From Bugula neritina (Eukaryota; Animalia; Bryozoa): a stretch of 64,000 nt of DNA. Shown here piece by piece: positions 1 to 11,039 of the stretch (positions are counted from its first letter, which is position 1; every line of letters starts with the position of its first letter). Location of the stretch: positions 8,278,741 through 8,342,740 of the forward strand of contig OZ037768.1 of assembly GCA_964035545.1 (NCBI GenBank), given 5' to 3'. The translations under genes and the position numbers were made by a program. The notes under the pieces are model-generated. The model made no database searches. It saw only the letters and a program-made list of their open reading frames with translations, and was not told the DNA's origin.

Positions 1-12
1 TGTATCCGCAGA

Positions 13-3000
13 TCTTCTCTCCCAGTTTGCCTGCTTATAACCATAATATTTCTTCTTATACTGGTCCCAGTTTAGTCCAGCAACTCAGTTCTGTGCCTGC
101 TTTACACGTACCGTCAGCTCCTGTACCTGCTCCTATAGGCACACCGTCTCCCTCTCTCAGTTCAACTTCCTCTTCCACTTCTATGATTGGCTCATCGAGG
201 TTACCTAATTTTAAACTTGGATATGATTCTCAGTCTAATTCCTACAACACGTGGAGGACTGGTGGCAGTTCCACTACTCAACCCGTATGTTTACAGTTTA
301 TATAATAACTTCATCTTAATAATTAAAATGTATTGATAATGTTACGTTATAAAATCTACTTTTAACTTTCGCTTCAAATGAAACAATTCAGTTTAGCAAT
401 CTCTTGATATATATAGTCTGCCAGCAAAGTAGGATATGCATGCTATGTTATAATAAATTGGTATAATTTAGCTTTATTTTTTCTTTTTGATGTTGTTTTG
501 TGTTTGCATGTTATGTCATCAGAATTTACTTTCTGTTCAATAGACAGAGTGGCTAAATGTAGGAAACGTCACCGGACATCCTGAAACTGCAAGTGTGTCT
601 GTTCAAACCGATAATATTTTAGTGGATAAAGAATGTAATACAGTCTACGAATCTATGTGAGCACTCTCTCTACACCCCACCCTTAAGTCTAATAGATTCA
701 ATGTGCTTCTCATGGTTTTCTCATAACAGAAATATGCCCTTCTCTCTATGTAACTTGGAGTTGTATGCCCCGTTTGAAATATAGTTCAGTGATAAATGTT
801 GTGCCCAATTACTGCCTGTTACTGTTCAGAGAAAGTATATTCTTAGTTAGCAGCTGTAAAACTGTTGTGTAGCTTTCCTTGCCATTGAGTATTGTGTGTT
901 CAACGTTGCTTCTACCCATATTAGGAGTGACTATGATAAACTCAATCAAAAGTACTCGATGGAAGCAGCCAAAAGTGATAGTTTGTCAGATAAACTGATG
1001 CAGCTTAAGCAGTCCTCGAATGCCGAGCTTCAGGAGCTCACTCGCAAGCTAAATGATGCGCTGCAGAATGAAAAGGTATGCATGCAGCTTCATCTTTCTA
1101 CTCAAAGGGAATGTTAATTAATTAAATCGTCTGGATCTAAATTTTCAACCTTTTTAGCAACATTATTTTGAAGCATCTGCTTAAGTATAATAATTTTGAA
1201 ATTAAAAATTTGTAAAGAATTTATAATCTAAAAGAATCTTTTAAAAGTTAGTTTCAGCAGGAGGATGGCCTTTTCTATAGTTAAAAACTTAGTTTTTATG
1301 AATATTTTAATATGCTTCTTGTAGTGAAATTGATAAGTTAACTGTGTTGCTTTTTGTTTAACTTTCAGTTTTAAAAAAGTCATTTCAATCATGTTTGTTC
1401 AAGTTTACTTTTGAAATTAATAGCCAATTTTGCTGTTATAAATGGACATAATACATTTTGTGCTATCACACAGCTTACCCTGTTATTATTTGAGAGTTGT
1501 GCCCTCTTCTTATTCGCTACTGTAATTGTTACAGGCAACAAGAGATAAATCTGACCAAACATCGATTACGTGTGAGAAAGAAACTAGAAAGTGGAAAGAC
1601 GAGAAGAAAATGGCAACTGATGAGATTAATAACTTGAAGCAAGCAAATAGCGAGTGAGTATTTTCGTGAATTAGTATATGTTTTGGCAAGATTTTATTTC
1701 ACTGTCATTTGTTAAATTTTGTAAGCACATGATAGCTTCATTTGTTTTTTACTTTATAATATAATGTAATATGCTAGGGGCTATTTCATTTTGGCATAAC
1801 CAGGTTACCTGATGTGTCACTACAAATTGTCAATGTGGAGGGGGGCTGATGGTAGTTCACCCAGCCGAGTGCCTCATTAACACTCGGGTTCTTGTCATAG
1901 TTGTCGGGCATTCATTTGTAATGCCAATATTCATTTTTTATCATATTAATTTTATTATCGTAAAACGTTTAATAAAACTGAAACTGAAACATTGATTCTA
2001 CTTAAATTGAAAATTTATTTTCTATATTGCACCCAAGTTGTATGTTTGATCAAAGGACCTTAGTTATTTAAAATCAGTGTATTGGAAATGAGTTCACATA
2101 ACTATCTGGCCATTTTGAATTAGCACATAAATTTAACTGCCTGGTCTTGAAATTCAATATGCAGTACTTTTGGTTTAGGCTGAGACACAGATTGGAGGAA
2201 AAAGATTCTCTGGTTAGAGAACTACAAAGCAAAGTTCAGAGTTTGCTGTAAGTAGTCATGTCTGTGTTACTTGTAACTCCTTCCATGTCAAATAGCAAAT
2301 AAGAAACTTTGTATTTACAAGTTTCCTTTTCATAGCATTAAGTTCTCTGATTGGTGACTTTACAGGCAACGATATGAAGAGGAGGTGGATGAAAGAGGGG
2401 CGATAGTAAGGCAGTATCAAGCTAGTGTGGAAGCTCTCGAGAAGCGAGTAATGACCACGGAGGTATCACAACTTGTCATTAATTTTTTTAAACATTTGAA
2501 AACTTGTGCTCATTCTCTGTGTTAGTCTGAATTACTATATATAGTAACTAATCGTAATTCCTTGTTTATGGCTAGCAAAACTATTGACATTGAGTTTGAA
2601 AGCTTTTCTCAATTAGATTTGACAAGATGCCATAACTCCAACATCTGTGCTAATACACTTGTTATATATATACATTAATATTTGCTTTCAGGGAAGTAGC
2701 TGGGAACAGCTGCTAATTTGTTGTGTGTAACACTCTGTTCTTTTTAGGAATTCATACTACTGACAAAATTTGGTTGAAAATTCTAAAAAATGTTTCCTAA
2801 TATAAATATTAGCCCACTTATATGTTTTGAGCCTCAGTTCAAATGTTTAAATTTGGTTCAGTTTTATTTTTTAATGTTTGTTTGAAAAGTCCGGTGAGTG
2901 TCTATGCTGTAGCTAAGCTCTGCAGTTAACTTGAGTTTCTGTCTAGTGTAATAAATTAAAACACCTGACCATGGGTCAGGTGACTGTTTTTCATCATCAA

Positions 3001-6000
3001 AGGCACAAAATCTGCTGTTTGAATTAGTAGCATATCTTTGGAATAGTTTTACCTTTAATATTTTACCGAATATTCTCTTTTGGATTCATCATGCTTTAGG
3101 ATGATATTTGTTTGTCATTGTTGAAAGTCTTAAAGAATGGTGCTAGTATGTTTTATGTGAGCATTCATTTTATAGCAATTGCAAATTGTATGCATTTGCT
3201 TGCCACACTAGCAATCAATTTTTTACCTTACTAGTCATGAATTGAAAAGCTAGGTGAAATGTTGACAGTTTCCAATTTTACTTATGTCAACACCAGATGG
3301 TGTTTACCAAATCAAACCACACCTCAAACCAAGAGACCTAAATTTGACAGTTTGAGTCTTGAGACTGAACAAATTTATTCAAATGAATTGAAACTGTAAC
3401 AGAAAATATTATACATCAAATAAATTTCATGCTTTTACATAATAAAGGTGACAGAAACAGCTACACAACACTGCGTCATTGTATTTTCCTGCTATCACTA
3501 AAACATGATGAGTTGTAAACTACAATTGTAGCATAAGAACACTGAAGCTGTTAAGTCAAGTTTAAATTACTGAAAATATAAAGTTTGAATAGAAAAAACT
3601 AGTAAAAAAGTTGATTGAGTTGAAATGTAGTGATTCGATATGCAAAAGATCTGAATTTCTCTGTTACCTTATGCACACGCTTAGATGTCATTACAACTAT
3701 CGTATCTTTTGCAGTTGGAGGTTATAGACGAACGTGAGAAATTTGCTTTGTCACGTTGCAAAGAGGCGCTAGATAACACCAACAAGAGTATAGAACAGCA
3801 ACGAGCTCACCTCGAAAGGTTAAATGTCCACGTATTTTGTCTTATCTGCTTTTTCATAATTCACAGTAGGTTTTTAAGGTATACGCTGTCTACTGTATGG
3901 ATGGAATTTGATAAATGGTGTAGCATATCACTGATTGTTACTTAATACTGAGAATTTGTTATCTCGTTCTTATCTCAACATGACTATCTGGTTTGATAAG
4001 ATAACCCTATTTTCTTTGGGGTTAATAGTTGAAGGTCCTAAGTTCAGTAGAACGTTTTATAACCTGGTCATAGTACAATCTCTTGCCCCCTCCCTGGCTT
4101 ACATTTGCGCCTTGCTGCCGTTTCCACTAGCAAGTTCTGTTTTATTAACTTTAGTTAAATTTTAAAGTTTTACTTGAGTTATTGCGGAATTCTTTATGGT
4201 TTGCATTGCTTCTAGCATTTATTTTTCATGATAATAATCCATTAAGTTGCTAGTTTTCCAAATGGTAAATACCTAAAATGCTGCTAAAATAATGACATTG
4301 GCAATGTCAAGAAAAAAAATTTTAACTCATATTTTTTGATCATTTTTGTTAATTCTGATATGGCCGTGTTATAAAAAAATATCTATTTTATTGGATAACT
4401 TGAAATGATTTATTATTTAGAAAGTATTTGCATGATCTGCTTGTGTGGTCCTTTAGGATGAGTCAAATGAGCCAATCTGTGCCGCCCATAGTGCATAAGA
4501 ACGGCCAGCTGGCCAACACTCGCCGCCAAAAGCTGATGAGCTTACTTGATGAACAGATGGCAATATACGAGTCTCAAAGAGAGGCTATCCGATCTGGTAC
4601 AATTCCTCTCTCTAGTCTACCCAAAATATCACCTCCCAGTCTCATGGTTAGTTTGATAGTCTCATATTTTTGTAGCGAGGTGGATTCATGTGATATGATC
4701 ATATGGTTGGGTTTTCTAGTTCCAACATTTGCCAAGCACATTGTTTTGATATGAATGAAATTCTGGTGTGATCTGGATATTGAAATAAGTATTTGGAAAG
4801 CTTGCCAGTTGTTATCTGGTAGTCTATGTTTAGGAGTGCATTGTTATATTCTGTATGTATTATGTTGGCAAAATGCCCAATTCAATGTTTGGTAGCTTCT
4901 TACTGTTTACATGTGCAAACCAGATCCATCTGGTGTGAGATGCTTGCTTGGTGCCATTCAATTACCTTAACTTGCTTGTTGGTTTGAGGAAATCCTAGAA
5001 GCATTGTGAAAGTTACATTTATCTTACTAATATCGTGTGTTCAAGTGCAATTTATGGTAATATTGATTCTTCATGATTTTTTTAAGGAGGAGAGGAATTA
5101 TTGATGTAATTTAGTTGGTAAAATCTTCTCCATTTGTTAGTTAGCCTTTTCATCTAGTCTAATCCGGTTAGGTTTAGCAACTTGTACCAACACTGCTATC
5201 TTACAAGATAATTGCTAGTTTGCCTACTGGGCAAAAACTGGGCTATGTCAACTAGAAACTTTATGTTACAGGAAGTCTTAGCATCAACATCACTTCCTCT
5301 CCCACCGAGACCCCCTATGCCGTTAGCTATGATGGGGCCACAGGGTCTTCACCCTAATGTAAGATGTTGCTATATAATACTTATGATACAATAAATAAAT
5401 ACAGTGTAGTGTATGTACAATAGCAGACAACTTCAATGATTTGAAGGATGAAATGTCTCTTGGTTCTTGTAATTAAAATCGATATGAAACACATTTTATT
5501 TTAAGTTTTGAAATAAAAAAGACAATTTGTTTTTAGAAAAATTTCATTCCCTAAATAAATTTTAGCCGTTTGAAAACCTGTAAAGTCTCTATTTTACTTT
5601 GTTAAGTCAATGCGTCATGACTAAGATGAATTTAATTTTAATTATTCACGCAATAATTTTTAACAAATAATTTATTTTTCTTATTGTCTGCAATCAATAC
5701 CATGAATGACGTGTGATTTCATTATAGGTAAGGCCACCTTTTCCTGGCGCTCCTCGAATGGTGGTGCCAGACCAGATGGCAGTTCGAGCAGGCGCCCTGC
5801 AACCACCTAATCCTATGTTGACTCAGCCACCTGTCACATCTGTGTCTAGTCAGTCTGCTGCCATTGTCAGTGATCAGAGAGAACCTGCCCGACCTGCCAC
5901 TCCGGTTAAGGATCAATCAGGAAGAAGATTTGCTGCTGAGCAGCATCTGATACAGCAGGTGCAGACTGTATTCCCTCAACTCACAAGGTGGGCAGCAAAT

Positions 6001-9000
6001 CGGCATAGTCATTCAACTATCCTTATTGCTTACCAACTTTTTTATGGGACATCCTAGACTGAAACAATGAATGATTTTGAAATGTTGATTGAGTAATGTC
6101 TGGTATACAGTTAAGTTGTTGATGTGTTGAAATACGTGTAAATCCCCTCTTTAAACTTAGATTACTTATCCCACCTTCCTAGTCACTCAATTAAACTATA
6201 ACTGAGATAATGGTGAGGCTGATGCCGTAAAACACATTTAGGAGCAGTAGTGGAGAAATTGAGAAAGCCTAAGTTCTTTTAATTTCTTTATAAATTTTGG
6301 TTTGGGAGCGGGTTAAAATTCTTGTGAGAACATAACTTCTTCTGCTACATTTCTAATCTAGAACACAGGCTTTTCTCAGTTTCTCCATTACTGCACCTAC
6401 TTCATAAAACACTACATACCAAACTGTAGCAAAGGTTTCACGTGCCAGTATATGCCAAAAGATTAGCAAGTCTAGACCAGGCTGTGGGCTGCATTATTTA
6501 TGGGTGAAAATTATGCAACACTTGGCCAGTAACATCCAATTATCTTATCCTAATTGTGGGCTCTCTAATATCAATGTTTATGTAGCTATATGTAGTGGCA
6601 AATAATATAGACAACCTACAATTGATAATTTCTAGTTGGTAATGCAATTGCTTTTGGTTTTTACAAGAAGTTAGCTGTTGGAATAATAAGTTTTAAATTT
6701 CGTGGCTGATGACCTACTATATTACAATGGTGATTGTTGGTTAACTTTCTCACTGCTGTGAGAATGTTAATGTTAGCTTTCAGGAGTCACCTTTTTTTGC
6801 ATATTTTAAAATAATTAAACAGTTACTATCCTGCTAAAACTGGAATATACACAGTTGTAATTGTAAACATTTTGATGGAAGTTCTTGGGAACCAGCATAC
6901 AGACATGTTTTAGTCCCAGATTCTTAGCCTTCGCATAAATGTATGCCTCATCTTCGTCTCTTCATCATAGTTACTAGTAATGTTATCAGCATTATGCGTG
7001 GGATATTTTGTAAAAGCTTTTTCTAAACTTGGCAGGTAATTAAGGTCAAGGATGAAGGACATCTTTGAGACATTAAACTGGTCACAACCTGACATGGTGC
7101 AGAGATTCTAAATTTGCTTGTTTTCCCTCATCAAGTTTAGCTCATTTGAAGGCATAGCCATGTATAGTGACCAAATACCCCATTGTAGTTAGTCAGTTTA
7201 ACATTTCATCACTTTTTATGCAAACCTGTAGTAATCGTCTGTTTGCATCAAACTCTGTAAGCCTAGGGCCACACGGTGTGTATTTTCGCATGCGAAAGTT
7301 GAAATCACAAGTAGCAAAGGTGTCCACTGTGCGCGTTGAGAAAACCTTCGAACTTGTCGCTCTGCATTTTCAACGCAAGTGCGAATCGTCTCTGTCATCG
7401 TCACCTAATTGGCTGGTAGTTAGTTATTCAGCGAGCCCAATTTCTTTATTTTAGTGCTACATTCCAATAAATTGCGTTTTATTGAAAGCGAGTGCAATTT
7501 AAAAATGAAAGCTATATTTATCACGCATCACTGACGCTACAGTGGACACCTTTGCTACTTGTGATTTTAATTTTCGCATGCGAAAATACGCACAGTGTGG
7601 CCCTAGGCTAAGTGTAGATAGTATGTAGCTCTCAAATGGCCTAAATGTAAAACAGATTTCCCATTCTAAGGACATTTATCTGGTGGCTTATGTGGAAAGT
7701 TTCCAATATTTTGGGAATTTTTGGTTATTTTTGACTACTGGAAAATTGATCACACTTTTTCCTGGAGTAACTTTTATTATAGTAATGTTGCTATAATGCT
7801 TGCTCACTTTGCATTCCACATTTCAGAAAAGCTGGGTGTTGATAAAATATTAATCAAAACAATTCCAAGAGAATAGGTAGCACAGCATATCAAGATTAAA
7901 ATTTTACTATATTACTTGTCCGTACAACCAACAGCTCTGTTTGTAGTGATGATGTGAAAAGCTATATCAGTAAACTGAGGCAATCCAGGAACAGTTTGAC
8001 TGGGCTGAAATTAATAGAGTTGGAACAACTGATCATAGAGTTAATAGCTTCAGAGTTAGCAAGCAGCAATTTACAGGTAATATTCCATTACTCTTACACC
8101 TGAGTTAGTGTTTTATTTTATTAATAAATGTAAATATATTAGCTTGCAGTTTAGGCTAATAACAAAGGTCATTGAATTTAGACTTGCACCAGTGAGTTCA
8201 CACACACCTTGAACATTGTGCTAACCTATTGTGTGTATTGATTGGGTATAAATCATTATCCAGCACTGCCAATATAAATATATATGTGCTGTAAAAATGC
8301 TGCCTCATAGCCTCTATTGCATAATATCTGATTTCAATCAATAAACAGCTGCTGTCGCTGCCCCTAGAAATAACTATTGCTGAGTCATATCACAGCTTCC
8401 CCTCTTCCCTCCCCCAACTTTTAACTTTTGCCAGTTGTGAAGATTGCTGCTATTTTTGATGATGACTTGCCTTTTTGAATTCAATTTATTTTGACCTTCA
8501 CTAGTAGTAATGGTTGTAACTGCAGAAATACATACAGTTTTTAAGGTGTACTCTACATCTGTCACTCCCAACTGTCTTTTTCTAATAGCTGCACACTCCA
8601 AGGACTTTTATTAGCCTAAGATTTTTGTAATGGTATCAGGTTATCCCGGTAAGGGGCCTGACAGGTTATTGAGTATGAGCGATTATAAATCCGTCTATAT
8701 TTGCTTGAAGTCAACATTTACACAGCTAATATTGGCTTCTACAGTAGCACACTACCTGTAATATTAATATGGAAGACAAACTTGAATATTTCTTTTAAAC
8801 GTTTTCACAGGCTTTCAATAAAGCACTGCAGAAATTTACCAGGTTTTAGTAATGAGCTGGCTGAGCTGTAGTCCTTTGTTGTAATAAGATCGAATTGTAT
8901 GATTGCAGGCTGGAAATGTTGGTCAAGCAAATCCTGTTGCAGAAGATTGCACCATTTGCCATGAGAAAATGATGCCCGGCAACGCCAGAAGGATGAGTTG

Positions 9001-10123
9001 CAGTCATCACTTCCATGAGCATGTAAGTTTTCTATGCTACATAAACAGGAACTATAAAGTGATCATTTATTTAGTCTGTCCTTAACACAAAGTAAAACTT
9101 ACCAAACTTTCTGCAAGTCATCATTTCCATGAGCATATAAGTTTTCTACCATAAATAAAGACTAACTGCACTGCATAAAGAGAGCCTACGTAATCACCCA
9201 GTTTGTCCTTAACAACGCAAAGTAAAACTCATTCTGCAAGGGTAAATTTTGTCCAGTAATGTGTGTGCAAGCCTCTTATGCAAGAAAATCTGGCAAAAAT
9301 GGAAAATTTTGATTATTATCACTGCAGTGCATTTTCAGGTTACTTGTTCACTTTAGCCCATTTTATAAATCCAAGCATGATAATTTTATAAATTTTTATA
9401 AATTAGTACTTGGAGTGATCAATTAAAGTGATCCATGAGCTGATTTCATGAATTATTTGGTTATTTGAGTTATTTCTAATTTGGAACTATAGTTAGCTGT
9501 GTACCTATTAGTTAGTATTGGCAATTGGACTTTCGTCTTATTTAGAATTGAAACTGTGATTAAAGCATTGCTATAATTCAGTTGAATTAACTCGAAGTAG
9601 AATTAATTTAAATATGGTATTGAGCATTGCTAAACCTTTGCAGCCACAATACTCATCACATGAGTTGAGTTATACATTCACTATCTTATATGATAAGTCA
9701 GTTAGCTCCTCCCTGCAGCAGCACTTTGAACTTTGATCTTGTTACTGTAGTAAGATTCATACTGATGGTGATTACCAGCTTTTTATATTATATGCTGCTA
9801 CTGAGTATACCAATATTTCTAGTTAGCTCACAGCCTATAGAAATCTCAACAAATTCTAAGCTGGCTAAGTTATAGGGTCACTGTAATATTTTCAAGTCAC
9901 AATTTACTGCATATTTCCAGCAGTCCCCTAGTTGTTTGGATCTCTTTATATTAGCATCAGATTTCCTAAGGGTATTTACTGCTGCATTTCAAACTATTAA
10001 ACTATCGCTATATACACTCATTTGCACCACTGATGCTGTATTACTCCATCATATCTGTTACAGTGCATACAGAACTGGCTGATGCGTCAAAACACCTGCC
10101 CAGTGTGTAGAACAGAATTTTAG
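13..10123 (+). CDS. TTC3/DZIP3/RNF214-like coiled-coil plus C-terminal RING-H2 E3 ligase, 5'-truncated, about 13 exons in window
   Basis: Approximate exons: 13-285, 544-656, 925-1075, 1535-1653, 2179-2247, 2366-2462, 3715-3818, 4456-4646, 5272-5358, 5728-5987, 7947-8076, 8909-9022, 10064-10123. Coiled-coil and Pro-rich segments, then the helical motif FPQLTSDDVKSYISKLRQSRNSLTGLKLIELEQLIIELI resembling the TTC3/DZIP3/RNF214 C-terminal domain. RING-H2 CTICHEKM..CSHHFHEHCIQNWLMRQNTCPVCR ends at TAG 10121-10123; AATAAA near 10264. Confidence 0.75.
1835..1990 (+). mobile_element. possible 3' end of a LINE (CR1/L2-type) in an intron
   Basis: GC-richer patch with hairpin CCGAGTG-N9-CACTCGG (~1866-1888), then AATAAA (1971-1976) running into an (AAACTG)n tail. 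No TSD found. Confidence 0.35.
6241..6397. mobile_element. small MITE with ~38-bp imperfect TIRs
   Basis: GGAGCAGTAGTGGAGAAATTGAGAAAGCCTAAGTTCT at the left end is the near reverse complement of AGAACACAGGCTTTTCTCAGTTTCTCCATTACTGCACC at the right end. TA flanks both sides. Confidence 0.6.
7261..7608. mobile_element. PIF/Harbinger-type (Tourist-like) MITE
   Basis: ~70-bp TIRs, GCCTAGGGCCACAC...GTGTCCACTGT and ACAGTGGACAC...GTGTGGCCCTAGGC, flanked by a 3-bp TAA duplication (7258-7260 and 7609-7611). Confidence 0.8.
9003..9240 (+). repeat. ~115-120-bp tandem duplication spanning the RING exon/intron junction
   Basis: TCATCACTTCCATGAGCAT|GTAAGTTTTCTA...GTCCTTAACACAAAGTAAAACTT..TTCTGCAAG recurs as TCATCATTTCCATGAGCAT-ATAAGTTTTCTA...GTCCTTAACAACGCAAAGTAAAACTCATTCTGCAAG. 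Confidence 0.75.
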
Positions 10124-11039
10124 GATTTAACATGGAATCCTAAATGTGCATAACAGTGCCATGTTCTCTTATACATTTTTGAGCTTTTTGTACTTTTATG
10201 TAATGTTTTTCTTTTTAATAACACTTCTAATGTGTTTTGATAAATTTAACTGTACTTGTGATAAATAAAGTATCAAAATGTGTTTATATCCAACGCTGAG
10301 TATTCTTGTGACAGATAAAATTGATTACACTAGTAGGCAGAACAAGCATGAAATGGTTTTGAGCTAAAATTTTATTCAAAATAAGACCAAAAGCTAAAAA
10401 AAGTGTATAAAATTCAAGACTATCATTTCACACATATTTGTGAAATACGAATTGCTATAGATAATAATATAATTACAAAGTGATAGTAGCAAGAGCAGGA
10501 CCCTGTAAAATAGTTCGGGTAACTCAAATGTAAAATACAGGAATGTTTTGACTAAAGCAACTTAATAGCTAGCCCGAGTGATTATGAAGATGCTCTTTTC
10601 CATATTATTTTCATAAACACAAGACAAGAATTCAACAAATCTTGCAGCAGAAAAAAAAAGGTTGGACCAAGAGTAATGGTTGGTTAACTATAGTATTCAA
10701 TCTCCATTTACAAATCAAGGAGCACCATTCTATTGGTCCAGCCTAGTATCGACTGTGGCAGCCAGGTGTTATATTAAGTTGTCTCACCAGCAACAGGTAG
10801 TCAAAAGGAACACTATATTTATTTAAGTCAGATCCTTATGAAATGAGTTAACTACAATACGAACTAAAAAACTGGCTTGCCCTGCCAGCTTGATTGCAAA
10901 ATTTTCAAAAGATAAAATGGCCTCAAAAACTAAAACAATTTATTGAATCTCAGACGTATAAATTTGTAAGAATTAGATTTGCTGTAAATTTGGATGAAAT
11001 CACCATAAGATATTTGGCCATTATGTCATCTGTTGAAGT

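Noticed and set aside
7167-7454. Overlapping ORFs on both strands
   Set aside because: They lie mostly within the Harbinger-type MITE and show no transposase motifs.
10350-11039. MAT2A-like 3'UTR UACAGAGAA hairpins
   Set aside because: Only partial matches (UACAGCAAA ~10985, UACAGGGU ~10505) with no convincing stems.
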